From Betaproteobacteria bacterium (GTDB lineage Bacteria; Pseudomonadota; Gammaproteobacteria; Burkholderiales; SG8-39): 64,000 nt of DNA. The position numbers and the translations under genes are program-made. The notes beneath the pieces are model-generated. The model was given only the letters and a program-made list of their open reading frames with translations. It did not search any database and was not told where the DNA came from. The stretch is from contig CANIIA010000003.1 in NCBI GenBank assembly GCA_947467435.1, positions 12,215 through 76,214 on the forward strand, read 5' to 3'. Of the stretch, positions 44,649 through 54,502 are shown piece after piece (position 1 is the stretch's first letter; each line of letters starts with the position of its first letter).

Positions 44649-46052
44649 TCAAGCTCCTTTACGCGTTGATTTTTTATCGACCACCAGCAAACCTGACAGG
44701 TCATGCGCGTCGGCGCGATCAATCTGCACATCGACAAACGTGCCAGGCTTTAATTTGGCGCCATTGCGAATGCGCACTGCACCGTCAATTTCAGGGGCAT
44801 CGGCCATGGAGCGTGCAGTGGCACCTTTGGTATCCACGTGATCGACAATCACACGCAAGGTACGGCCAACTTTTTGTGAGAGCTTACGCGCACTAATTGC
44901 TGCTTGGGTTTGCATAAACCGTGCACGACGCTCTTCTTGCACTTGGTGAGGCACGGGGTCCGGCAAATCATTCGCCGCTGCACCGTCCACCGGCGAATAA
45001 GCAAAGCATCCCACGCGATCTAATTGCGCGGCCTCAAGAAAACCGAGTAAGGCTTCAAACTCCGCCTCCGTCTCACCCGGAAAGCCAACGATAAACGTGC
45101 TGCGCAAGGTGATCTCTGGACACAACGTCCGCCAAGTCTGAATGCGCTCTAAGGTGCGTTCCGCATCAGCCGGACGCTTCATCAATTTAAGAATGCGCGG
45201 ACTGGAGTGCTGAAACGGTACATCCAGATAAGGCAGGATGCGTCCTTGTTGCATGAGCGCAATCACCTCATCGACATGCGGGTACGGATAAACGTAATGC
45301 AAACGCACCCAAATATCGTTAGCCACGCCACCCAATTCGCCAAGCGCCTCGCACAATTGGGTGATCCGTGTTTTCACTGGTCGACCTTGCCAAAACCCGG
45401 TGCGGTATTTCACGTCCACACCGTACGCGCTGGTGTCTTGTGAAATCACTAACAACTCACGCACACCGGCATCCACTAAGGTTTGCGCTTCCGTCATCAC
45501 CTCACCAACCGGTCGCGAGACCAAGTCGCCGCGCATGGCAGGAATGATGCAAAAGGTGCAACGATGGTTACAGCCTTCTGAAATTTTTAAATAGGCGTAG
45601 TGCTTGGGTGTGAGCCGAATCCCTTGCGGCGGCACCAAATCCACATACGGATCGTGGGGGCGAGGCAAATGTGCATGCACCGCTTGCATCACGGCAGGTA
45701 CATCATGAGGACCAGTCACAGCCAAGACACTCGGATGGGCACCTTGCACAACGCCTTCACGTGCACCCAAACAACCTGTGACGATGACTTTACCGTTTTC
45801 GGCGAGCGCTTCACCAATCGCATCAAGCGATTCTTCGACTGCGGCATCAATAAATCCGCACGTATTGACCACCACCAAATCGGCACCTTGATAGGAAGGC
45901 GCGATGCGATAACCTTCAGCGCGTAGCTGCGTGAGGATTAACTCTGAATCAACCAACGCTTTGGGGCAGCCCAGTGATACAAACCCAACTTGCGGGGCGG
46001 CTTGCTGCGCCACCGGCGCAGCGCCGCGCCGGGGGCGAGCCGCGGAACTCAC
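44649..46052 (-). CDS. rimO: ribosomal protein S12 methylthiotransferase RimO
   Basis: '[16 protein letters not shown]', radical-SAM '[11 protein letters not shown]' and a TRAM C-terminus. The start is assigned to GTG 46052, which overlaps the phaR stop (GTGA). Confidence 0.88.
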   Translation of the reverse strand: MSSAARPRRGAAPVAQQAAPQVGFVSLGCPKALVDSELILTQLRAEGYRIAPSYQGADLVVVNTCGFIDAAVEESLDAIGEALAENGKVIVTGCLGAREGVVQGAHPSVLAVTGPHDVPAVMQAVHAHLPRPHDPYVDLVPPQGIRLTPKHYAYLKISEGCNHRCTFCIIPAMRGDLVSRPVGEVMTEAQTLVDAGVRELLVISQDTSAYGVDVKYRTGFWQGRPVKTRITQLCEALGELGGVANDIWVRLHYVYPYPHVDEVIALMQQGRILPYLDVPFQHSSPRILKLMKRPADAERTLERIQTWRTLCPEITLRSTFIVGFPGETEAEFEALLGFLEAAQLDRVGCFAYSPVDGAAANDLPDPVPHQVQEERRARFMQTQAAISARKLSQKVGRTLRVIVDHVDTKGATARSMADAPEIDGAVRIRNGAKLKPGTFVDVQIDRADAHDLSGLLVVDKKSTRKGA

Positions 46053-46624
46053 GCTTTGTCTTCGGGGCCCGATCCGGGCTTGGTGGCGTTCGGAAATCCC
46101 GGAAACTGAAATCCAGTAAACATGTTGCGCGCCTGACCCTGCATTTGTTCTTGTAGTTGCGCAAACATCTTTTGGCTGTTTTCCATATAAGCCTGCATGA
46201 GGCCTTGCATAGCCGGACCCTGCATGCTCATAAACTGGGTCCACATTTCAGCAGGAACCTTCGCGCCATCACCATAGAGCTTTTGTGATTGTGCTTGTAG
46301 TGATTTTTGCATGTCTTGAAATGCTGTGACATTGCGCTCGAGGTAGGTCCCCATCATGCCTTGCATGGCATCGCCATAAGTGCGAATGAGTTGCGATAGC
46401 ACATCCGCAGAGAACATCGGCGAACCGCTCGACTCTTCTTCGAGAATAATCTGCAGCAAGATTGGGCGTGTCAGATCATCACCGCTTTTAGCATCAATGA
46501 CTTGAAACTCTTCGTGCTTCAACACCATCTGCTTCACATCAGCCAAAGTGATGTAACTCGAGGTACGTGTATCGTACAAACGGCGATTCGGATATTTTTT
46601 GATCAGTCGCAATTGCGTTTCCAT
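46049..46624 (-). CDS. phaR: polyhydroxyalkanoate synthesis repressor PhaR
   Basis: '[20 protein letters not shown]' is the PhaR N-terminal signature. Confidence 0.9.
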   Translation of the reverse strand: METQLRLIKKYPNRRLYDTRTSSYITLADVKQMVLKHEEFQVIDAKSGDDLTRPILLQIILEEESSGSPMFSADVLSQLIRTYGDAMQGMMGTYLERNVTAFQDMQKSLQAQSQKLYGDGAKVPAEMWTQFMSMQGPAMQGLMQAYMENSQKMFAQLQEQMQGQARNMFTGFQFPGFPNATKPGSGPEDKA

Positions 46625-46635
46625 GGGTTACTCCA

Positions 46636-47382
46636 TCAATACATGTGTTGACCACCGTTGATCGAAATATTGGCGCCCGTCACGAACGCCGCTTCTTCCG
46701 AACACAGGTAGATGATGAGACCTGCAACTTCATCGGGTTTACCCAGACGACCCACAGGAATTTGCGGCAAAATTTTTGAATCGAGAATTTCTTTCGGGAT
46801 TGCCGTGACCATTTTGGTGCCGATGTAACCAGGAGAGATGGTGTTCACCGTGACACCTTTTTTGGCCACTTCTAAGGCCAAAGCTTTGGTAAAGCCATGA
46901 ATACCGGCTTTCGCTGCAGAGTAATTCGTCTGACCAAACGCGCCCTTTTGGCCGTTCACCGAGGACACATTGATCACCCGCCCCCAGCCCCGGTCGACCA
47001 TGCCATCCATCACCTGCTTGGTCATATTGAAGCAGGAATCCAAATTGGTATGCATCACCGCATCCCAATCGCCTTTGCTCATTTTTTTGAAGGTCATATC
47101 ACGCGTGATTCCCGCGTTATTAACCAAAATATCGACGGCGCCAATTTCGTTTTGGATTTTCGCGACTTTATCTGCGCAATCCTCAAAGCTCGCGACATCT
47201 AAAGGATAGGCGCCAAAGTTGTAGCCACGCCCCCTCATTTCATCGATCCAAGACTTCCACTTGGTATTCGATGGCGAATAGGTCACTACCACCTTATAGC
47301 CTGCATCCGCCATTTTGGTTGAAATGGACTCACCCAGACCGCCCATACCGCCGGTAACAACAGCGATTTTATTGTGTGCCAT
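46636..47382 (-). CDS. phaB: acetoacetyl-CoA reductase
   Basis: SDR with 'VTGGMGGLG' and 'YSAAKAG'; typical PhaB length (248 aa) and context. Confidence 0.88.
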   Translation of the reverse strand: MAHNKIAVVTGGMGGLGESISTKMADAGYKVVVTYSPSNTKWKSWIDEMRGRGYNFGAYPLDVASFEDCADKVAKIQNEIGAVDILVNNAGITRDMTFKKMSKGDWDAVMHTNLDSCFNMTKQVMDGMVDRGWGRVINVSSVNGQKGAFGQTNYSAAKAGIHGFTKALALEVAKKGVTVNTISPGYIGTKMVTAIPKEILDSKILPQIPVGRLGKPDEVAGLIIYLCSEEAAFVTGANISINGGQHMY

Positions 47383-47418
47383 TTTTTACCCCCCTTAAAT
47401 GCAACGCTTCGTGACCGA

Positions 47419-48162
47419 CTAAACCATGTACATGCCGCCGTTGATGGCGATGTTTGCACCAGTAATATAACCTGCTTCTTCCGAGGCCAGAAAACCGACC
47501 AACGCGGCGATTTCTGCCGGCTCAGCCAATCGGCCAATTGGGATACTGGCCACGAGTTTATCCAATACGTCGGGACGAATTGCTTTGACCATGTCTGTGG
47601 CCACGTAACCCGGAGACACCGAGTTCACCGTCACCCCCTTGCGGATCACCTCTTGGGCCAGCGCCTTCGCAAAGCCATGTAATCCTGCTTTTGCCGCCGA
47701 GTAATTGGTTTGGCCAAATTGCCCCTTTTGACCGTTTACCGAAGAAATATTGATCACCCGGCCCCAACCGCGCTCGGTCATCGAGTCGATGACATGTTTG
47801 GTGACAAACCACGCGCTACTCAAATTGCTGTTCAACACGGCCAACCAATCTTCTACTGGCATACGCCGCATGACGTTGTCGCGAATAATGCCAGCATTGT
47901 TGATCACGATATCAATCGGTCCGAGCTCGGCCACAATGTTCTGCACCATCGCGCCAGTGGCTGCAAAGTCAGACACATCAGCGTCATACACATGGATGTG
48001 TGCGAACCCCGCTTTGCGTTGTTCTGCTAACCACGCGTCTTTTCGCGGATCACCTGGCAATCCATTGGCCACCACCACGTGACCCGCCTGTGCTAAGCGC
48101 CGACAAATAGCGGTACCAATACCACCCATACCACCCGTCACCAGCGCAATCCGTTGCGTCAT
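47419..48162 (-). CDS. acetoacetyl-CoA reductase paralogue (second tandem PhaB-like SDR)
   Basis: 'VTGGMGGIG' and 'YSAAKAG'. It is collinear with the downstream PhaB, roughly half the positions identical by eye. The start is refined to MTQRIAL (48162). Confidence 0.85.
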   Translation of the reverse strand: MTQRIALVTGGMGGIGTAICRRLAQAGHVVVANGLPGDPRKDAWLAEQRKAGFAHIHVYDADVSDFAATGAMVQNIVAELGPIDIVINNAGIIRDNVMRRMPVEDWLAVLNSNLSSAWFVTKHVIDSMTERGWGRVINISSVNGQKGQFGQTNYSAAKAGLHGFAKALAQEVIRKGVTVNSVSPGYVATDMVKAIRPDVLDKLVASIPIGRLAEPAEIAALVGFLASEEAGYITGANIAINGGMYMV

Positions 48163-48163
48163 A

Positions 48164-49342
48164 TCACGCGCGCTCCACCGCCAACGCCACGCCCATCCCG
48201 CCGCCAATGCACAGCGAAGCCAGGCCTTTTTTAGCATCACGTCGCATCATTTCGTGCAACAAACTCACCAACACGCGGCAACCTGAAGCGCCAATCGGAT
48301 GACCCAAGGCAATCGCGCCACCATTGACATTTACTTTATTGGTGTCCCAACCCATTTGCTGATTGACCGCAATGGCTTGTGCCGCGAAAGCTTCATTGAT
48401 CTCGAGCACATCCAAGTCTTTAGGTGACCAACCCGCGCGCGACAAACAACGCGTCGATGCTGGCACTGGCCCCATCCCCATGATTTTTGGATCCAAGCCA
48501 GCCGAGGCGTACGCTTTAATACGTGCAAGCGGCGTTAAGCCCATGGCTTTCGCAGTTTGCGCAGACGTCAGTAACACAGCAGCAGCCCCATCATTAATGC
48601 CAGAGGCATTACCCGCAGTCACCGTACCGTCTTTTTTAAACGCCGGCTTTAAATTTGCAAGCGACTCAAGCGTTGCGCCCAAACGCGGATACTCATCGGT
48701 ATCGACCACCACGGTCCCTTTGCGCGTGACGATTTCAAACGGAACGATTTCATCTTTAAATCGACCCGCTTTAATGGCCGCTTCTGCTTTGTGCTGGCTG
48801 GCCAGTGCAAAGGCATCTTGCGCTTGTCGTGTCACGCCATGCGCGGCCGCCACATTTTCTGCCGTAATGCCCATGTGATATTGGTTGTACACATCCCACA
48901 ACCCATCCACGATCATCGTATCAACCATCTTGGCATCGCCCATGCGAAAGCCATCGCGTGAACCATTGAGCACATGCGGAGACATACTCATCGATTCTTG
49001 CCCACCGGCAATCACAAACTCCGCATCACCACAGGCAATCGCCTGTGCGCCTAACATGGCTGCTTTTAAACCTGAGCCACACACCTTGTTGATCGTCATG
49101 GCCGGAACCATGTCGGGCAAACCCGCTTTGATCGCCGCTTGTCGCGCCGCGTTTTGTCCCACACCAGCGGTGAGGACTTGGCCCAAAATCACTTCAGAAA
49201 TTTTTTCTGCAGGCACGCCAGAACGCGCCAGCAACGCGCGAATCACTGCCGCACCTAAATCCGACGCAGGTGTTTGCGCAAAGCCACCACCAAACTTACC
49301 GATTGCCGTACGAGCTGCTCCCACAATCACGATCTCTTGCAT
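48164..49342 (-). CDS. phaA: acetyl-CoA acetyltransferase (beta-ketothiolase)
   Basis: '[10 protein letters not shown]' and 'CIGGGMGVA'; lies between phaC and phaB. Confidence 0.9.
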   Translation of the reverse strand: MQEIVIVGAARTAIGKFGGGFAQTPASDLGAAVIRALLARSGVPAEKISEVILGQVLTAGVGQNAARQAAIKAGLPDMVPAMTINKVCGSGLKAAMLGAQAIACGDAEFVIAGGQESMSMSPHVLNGSRDGFRMGDAKMVDTMIVDGLWDVYNQYHMGITAENVAAAHGVTRQAQDAFALASQHKAEAAIKAGRFKDEIVPFEIVTRKGTVVVDTDEYPRLGATLESLANLKPAFKKDGTVTAGNASGINDGAAAVLLTSAQTAKAMGLTPLARIKAYASAGLDPKIMGMGPVPASTRCLSRAGWSPKDLDVLEINEAFAAQAIAVNQQMGWDTNKVNVNGGAIALGHPIGASGCRVLVSLLHEMMRRDAKKGLASLCIGGGMGVALAVERA

Positions 49343-49360
49343 GTCGATCTCCCAACAGAT

Positions 49361-51088
49361 TTATTGCCAAGATTCTTTCACGTAACGGCCCGGGGCGGGC
49401 TCAATCACAGGGTGCGCCTTGTTACCCAGCGTTTTGGGCGCGGCACGCTCTCCACCTTTGAACTGCGCCAACCATTCCATCCAAACCGGCCACCAACTGC
49501 CCGCATGTTGCGTGGCCTGATTCAACCACGCATCCGCAGACGCAGGATACCGCGGACTGACCCAATAATGCCGCTTTGCTTTCGCCGCCGGATTAATCAC
49601 CCCCGCGACATGCCCTGCCGCACCAAGCACAAATTGCGTTTGCGCATGACCCAATAACTGCACCGATGCATACGCACTTTTCCAAGGCACGATGTGGTCA
49701 TCGTGCGCGGCGAAAATAAAACTTGGTAACCCCACACGCGACAGATCAACCGGCACACCGCAATTGGTCACTCCCCCAGGCAAGCGCAAGCGATTTTCTA
49801 AATACATGTTGCGCACGTACCAACAATACATCGGCCCAGGCAGATTGGTGCTATCAGCGTTCCAATACAACAAATCAAACGCTGGCGGCGTTTCACCCTT
49901 AAGGTAGTTATTCACGACATACGGCCACACGAGGTCATTGGCGCGCAGCGCTGAAAACACCATCGCTAAATCCGAGCCTGGCAGCAATCCACCCGCACCC
50001 AGTTGTTGTTCACGCAAGCGCACCGATTGTTCATCGATCAAACAACCCAGCTGACCGCTATCAGAAAAATCGAGCAACGTGGTTAAGTAAGTTGCGCTGG
50101 CCACCATCGAGGCTTGTCGTGCCGCCATCACCGCCAAGGCTGCCGCCAACATCGTCCCGCCGACACAAAACCCCAGGGCATTCACTTGTCGAGCACGGGT
50201 GATGTCGCGTGCCACATGCAAGGCACGAATCACACCCTCCTCAAGGTAATGATCCCAATGCAAGTGGCTCTCGCTTTCTTTGGGATTTTTCCAAGACACC
50301 ACAAACACCGTGTGACCCGCTTCGACCACGTAACGTACGAGCGAGTTCTCGGGCTGTAGATCGAGGATATAAAACTTATTGATACACGGCGGCACCATCA
50401 CCAACGGTTGTCGCCCCACTTGCGCTGTCGTGGGCGTGTACTGAATCAACTGCATGAGCGCGTTTTCAAAGACAACCGCACCGGGCGTGGTGGCTAAGTT
50501 TTGGCCTAAGGTAAACGCCTGTGCGTCGGTTTGTGTAATGCGCCGATGCGCTAAATCAGAGAGCAAATTCGTCAAGCCGCGCGTCAAACTCTCACCAGAG
50601 GATTCGCGTGCAGCGCGTAACACTTCGGGGTTAGTTGCCGCAAAATTACTCGGCGAGGTGGCGTGAATCCATTGGCTCACCGCAAAACGTAACCGCGCAC
50701 GCGTGGGCTCAGGCAAATCGGCTGCGTTCACGAGTGCTTCAAGATGCTGCGCGCCCAGTTGATACGCGTGGTGAAGGTACGCGTAGTACGGATCGCGCTG
50801 CCATTGAGGATCGCGAAAACGTTTATCTTTGCTCTCTAAACTATCGACCTCCGCGGAGGTTTTTTTTCTGCTGCCAAGGTCCTGCCACAGGGCAAGGTAT
50901 TGCGCTGCGTATTGCGCCTGTAAGTCGGCGAAGGTTTGCGGCTGTGCTTGCCAAGCTTGCGCCCAAGCCTGTGCATCTTCTGCCCAAGGCAATTGCGCCA
51001 GCAGACCAGACCAGTGTGCGCGCATCTGCTCGAGCAGTTGCGCCATGGCTTGACTCGACGCGTCGTTCTGAGATTGTGTCGAAGTCAT
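49361..51088 (-). CDS. phaC: class I poly(R)-hydroxyalkanoate synthase
   Basis: 575 aa with the lipase-like box 'GFCVGG' and N-terminal PhaC domain. Confidence 0.9.
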   Translation of the reverse strand: MTSTQSQNDASSQAMAQLLEQMRAHWSGLLAQLPWAEDAQAWAQAWQAQPQTFADLQAQYAAQYLALWQDLGSRKKTSAEVDSLESKDKRFRDPQWQRDPYYAYLHHAYQLGAQHLEALVNAADLPEPTRARLRFAVSQWIHATSPSNFAATNPEVLRAARESSGESLTRGLTNLLSDLAHRRITQTDAQAFTLGQNLATTPGAVVFENALMQLIQYTPTTAQVGRQPLVMVPPCINKFYILDLQPENSLVRYVVEAGHTVFVVSWKNPKESESHLHWDHYLEEGVIRALHVARDITRARQVNALGFCVGGTMLAAALAVMAARQASMVASATYLTTLLDFSDSGQLGCLIDEQSVRLREQQLGAGGLLPGSDLAMVFSALRANDLVWPYVVNNYLKGETPPAFDLLYWNADSTNLPGPMYCWYVRNMYLENRLRLPGGVTNCGVPVDLSRVGLPSFIFAAHDDHIVPWKSAYASVQLLGHAQTQFVLGAAGHVAGVINPAAKAKRHYWVSPRYPASADAWLNQATQHAGSWWPVWMEWLAQFKGGERAAPKTLGNKAHPVIEPAPGRYVKESWQ

Positions 51089-51093
51089 GCTGC

Positions 51094-51864
51094 TTAATGC
51101 CCATGGCCTAAAAAGAGTCGTACCAATGCAACCGCTGCCACGCCCATCGCGATCAAGAAGGTTTGCGAAAACGCAGCGCGTAATTCAGTGCGCTTATGTA
51201 ATCCAGGAATTAAATCCGCTACAGCAACATAAATCATGCTCGCGGCCACAATACCCAGCAGCACCTGCGTCGCACCGGCGATGGACTGCAAGGTGAAATA
51301 GCCAATCAACCCACCGATGAGTGTCGCTAGCGAAGACAACGCATTTAACGCGAGGGCACGTAAGCGTGAATAACCTGAGTTTAATAAGATCAGAAAATCG
51401 CCGACTTCTTGCGGAATTTCGTGCGCGACGATCGCCATCGCGGTCACCACACCCAGCTGCGTGCTCTCAAGAAACGCCGCGGCAATCAGCACGCCATCGA
51501 CCAAGTTATGCACCGCATCGCCAATCACGATCAATGTACCGCTGCGCCCGTGATCATGCGTTGCGCCGTGATGGTCATGCACTTCGCAATGCTCGGTATG
51601 ACAGTGCCGCCACAACACGAGTTTTTCAAGAATAAAAAATAGCAGAATGCCCGCCAGAATCGTCAACGCTGCGGTATGGGCATTGCTGTGCTCGAACGCA
51701 TGCGGAATCACTTCAAGAAACGCAGCACCCAACATCGTGCCAATCGCAAACGACACCGACATCGGAATCCAAGCGGCACGCAACGCCCAAGAGAGCGCGG
51801 CGGCGCTACCTACAGAAATAAAGCCACCGGCCAAACAAGCGGCCATGATCCAAAAAAGCGTCAT
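51094..51864 (-). CDS. ZIP family metal (Zn/Fe) transporter
   Basis: 8-TM profile, His-rich loop 'HCHTEHCEVHDHHGATHDHG' and the 'HNLVDG' / 'HEIPQEVGDF' ZIP motifs. Confidence 0.8.
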   Translation of the reverse strand: MTLFWIMAACLAGGFISVGSAAALSWALRAAWIPMSVSFAIGTMLGAAFLEVIPHAFEHSNAHTAALTILAGILLFFILEKLVLWRHCHTEHCEVHDHHGATHDHGRSGTLIVIGDAVHNLVDGVLIAAAFLESTQLGVVTAMAIVAHEIPQEVGDFLILLNSGYSRLRALALNALSSLATLIGGLIGYFTLQSIAGATQVLLGIVAASMIYVAVADLIPGLHKRTELRAAFSQTFLIAMGVAAVALVRLFLGHGH

Positions 51865-51913
51865 GTGATTGATTTAGGTTGGACTGCGGTCGCGCCGCAT
51901 AAAGGAAGCAGAA

Positions 51914-52615
51914 TTATACGCGCCACACACACGCAGCCATGCGTCCTGCCGCAGCGCCATCACGTCGAAACGAATCAAAAGACATCGCCTCGCTCAAGGT
52001 GCACCGATCACCGCCAAACACTGCGGTGATCCCCAACGCAGCCAATCGCTGTCGCGCGATAGCGGCTAAATCTAGTAACCAATGCCCAGCACGTGTCGGT
52101 ACAAACGCAGTGTTCGCGGCAACATCGTGCGCTAAAAAAGCAGCGCGAACTTCCGCACCCACTTCGTAAACGCGCGCGCCGATGGCTGGGCCCAACCAGG
52201 CCATCACGCGCTGCGGATCACAGCGCATTGCCGCGACGGTCGATTCGATAACGCCAGCGGACAAACCACGCCAACCCGCATGCGCCGCCGCAACCACCTG
52301 CCCATCTTGCGTGGTCAATAAGACCGGCATGCAATCGGCGGCCATCACCACACAGACCACCTGCGGCGTACGTGTTGTGGAGGCATCTGCCTCGGGTGGT
52401 TGTTGCGGTGCTGGGGTATCGGCATCGATCACACGAATCCCATGCACTTGTTTTAACCAGCGCGGCGTTTGTGGAACATGCGCAGATAACTGTGCGCGCA
52501 CTGTCGGTTGGCGTACATCACCAAACGAACGTAAGGTCAGAAACGCGCGAACATTGGTTGGCGCGGGCCAATCGGGCAGTAACAAGCCAGAAGAAAGTTG
52601 CGCTGTTGTGTGCAT
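51914..52615 (-). CDS. pgeF: peptidoglycan editing factor PgeF (YfiH / laccase-domain protein)
   Basis: 'LKQVHG', 'ADCMPVLL' and 'HAGWRG'. The start is refined to MHTTAQ (52615), 1 nt after the rluD stop. Confidence 0.85.
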   Translation of the reverse strand: MHTTAQLSSGLLLPDWPAPTNVRAFLTLRSFGDVRQPTVRAQLSAHVPQTPRWLKQVHGIRVIDADTPAPQQPPEADASTTRTPQVVCVVMAADCMPVLLTTQDGQVVAAAHAGWRGLSAGVIESTVAAMRCDPQRVMAWLGPAIGARVYEVGAEVRAAFLAHDVAANTAFVPTRAGHWLLDLAAIARQRLAALGITAVFGGDRCTLSEAMSFDSFRRDGAAAGRMAACVWRV

Positions 52616-52616
52616 A

Positions 52617-53609
52617 TCAATCTGTTGCGCGTAGTTGTGCAAGCAACGCAAGAAAATCCTCGGGTAAGGGCGACTCCCAGCGCATGGGTTTTGCATTTTT
52701 GGGGTGATCGAGCTCAAGCACCGCTGCATGCAGCGCTTGGCGCGCAAAGCCCTCTAATTGCAGCGTGCGTGCCCCCTTGCGATACACCGGATCACCAACC
52801 AACGGTAATCCGATCGATTGGAGATGCACGCGAATTTGATGTGTACGTCCAGATTCGAGTTTACAAGCCAACAAACTCAACTGACCAATGCGCTCGATTA
52901 ACGTGTATGCAGTCCGCGCTGGTTTCCCGCGGGTGGTGACCGCCATGCGTGTGCGACTGCGTGGATCACGGCCAATCGGTGCATCGACCACCCCACGCGA
53001 ACTGCGCGGCGCGCCATGCACTAGCGCAGTGTAAGTCCGCCCCATGGTGCGCGCTTGCAGCTGTCGCACTAAATGCGTTTGCGCTTCTAAGGTTTTAGCC
53101 ACGACCAGTAATCCGCTGGTGTCTTTATCCAACCGATGCACGATCCCTGCACGTGGAATCTGTGCAAGCGCCGGTGCATGGGCGAGTAACGCATTGAGTA
53201 AGGTGCCATCCGGGTTGCCTGCACCTGGATGCACCACTAACCCAGGCGGTTTGTTAATCACCAGAATCTGCGCATCCTCAAATACGATGTCTAAATCAAT
53301 TGACTGGGGTTGCGCAGTGCTTGGCTCTGGATTGGGTGGATCAAACTCAACCCGCTCACCACCAAGTACGGCACGTTTGGCTTGGGCCGCACCGCCGTCA
53401 ACACGCAAGGTGCCCGCCTTCAGACAAATTTGTAAACGACTGCGCGAATGCTCCGGAAACAAGCGCGCCAATGCCTGATCCAGTCGCAAGCCTGCAAAGT
53501 CAGCTGGAATAACACACACACGCGGCGGATCAATCCCCTGCACTTGAGGCACGGGGCTATAATTTCTTGCTGCGCGTTTTGGTGCGCGTTTTTTAGAAGG
53601 TGTTGCCAT
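52617..53609 (-). CDS. rluD: 23S rRNA pseudouridine synthase RluD
   Basis: S4 domain 'GLRLDQALARLFPEHSRSRLQ' and catalytic 'HRLDKDTSGLLVVAK'. The start is uncertain: ATG 53609 overlaps the bamD ATG, and an in-frame GTG lies at 53520..53518. Confidence 0.85.
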   Translation of the reverse strand: MATPSKKRAPKRAARNYSPVPQVQGIDPPRVCVIPADFAGLRLDQALARLFPEHSRSRLQICLKAGTLRVDGGAAQAKRAVLGGERVEFDPPNPEPSTAQPQSIDLDIVFEDAQILVINKPPGLVVHPGAGNPDGTLLNALLAHAPALAQIPRAGIVHRLDKDTSGLLVVAKTLEAQTHLVRQLQARTMGRTYTALVHGAPRSSRGVVDAPIGRDPRSRTRMAVTTRGKPARTAYTLIERIGQLSLLACKLESGRTHQIRVHLQSIGLPLVGDPVYRKGARTLQLEGFARQALHAAVLELDHPKNAKPMRWESPLPEDFLALLAQLRATD

Positions 53610-54429
53610 GGTGGTCAGTTTACTCAGTCGCATTGCGATCGTCGCGCTGTTTGCGAGCACGCTGGTCCTGAGCGCATGCAGCGGCATGGATGATAAGCCA
53701 GATGAAACCGTGGGCTGGTCGGCCAACAAACTATATGGCGAAGCCAAAGACGCCATGAACGAAGGGCAATGGACCAAAGCCATTAAGTACTTCGAAAAAC
53801 TCGAGGCACGTTACCCCTACGGTCGTTTCGCGCAACAAGCGCAAATTGAAATCGCCTATGCCTATTACAAAGATAACGAACGCGCCTCAGCTGTCGCCGC
53901 AGCCGACCGATTTATCAAGCTGCACCCCAATCATCCCAACGTCGATTACATGTACTACCTCAAGGGATTGGTGAACTTTAACGAAAGCAACAGCGTTTTC
54001 GACAAACTGTCTTCACAGGACATGACCGAGCGTGATCCGAAAGCAACGCGCGAATCGTTTCTTGCCTTCAAAGAATTGGTGCAACGTTTTCCTGATTCAA
54101 AATATGCGCCTGACGCATCAGCCCGCATGAAGTATCAAGTCAATGCGCTTGCCTCGGCTGAAGTGCATGTGGCACGGTATTACATGAAGCGCGGCGCCTA
54201 TGTAGCCGCCGCCAATCGCGCGCAATTTGCGCTACAAAATTATCCGCAAGCACCCGCCATCGAAGAGGCCGTGTTTCTTTTAGTCAAGGCCTACGATGCG
54301 CTCAAAATGACCGAACTACGTGACGGCGCAGATAAAGTCATGCGGACAAATTTTCCGCAAAGCAAATACCTCACCGGACGCGTGAAAAAAGATGTGCCTT
54401 GGTGGCGATTATGGGACCCGGAATGGTAA
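53608..54429 (+). CDS. bamD: outer membrane protein assembly factor BamD (lipoprotein)
   Basis: Lipobox 'LVLSAC' and TPR-like repeats ('LYGEAKDAMNEGQWTKAIKYFEKLEARYP'). Confidence 0.88.
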   Translation: MVVSLLSRIAIVALFASTLVLSACSGMDDKPDETVGWSANKLYGEAKDAMNEGQWTKAIKYFEKLEARYPYGRFAQQAQIEIAYAYYKDNERASAVAAADRFIKLHPNHPNVDYMYYLKGLVNFNESNSVFDKLSSQDMTERDPKATRESFLAFKELVQRFPDSKYAPDASARMKYQVNALASAEVHVARYYMKRGAYVAAANRAQFALQNYPQAPAIEEAVFLLVKAYDALKMTELRDGADKVMRTNFPQSKYLTGRVKKDVPWWRLWDPEW

Positions 54430-54502
54430 TCCACTCAACAGGCGTTTGATGCCTCTCGGTGCGTGCGCGGCAGACTGCTCCATCCATCTACACCCAACCC
54501 CA

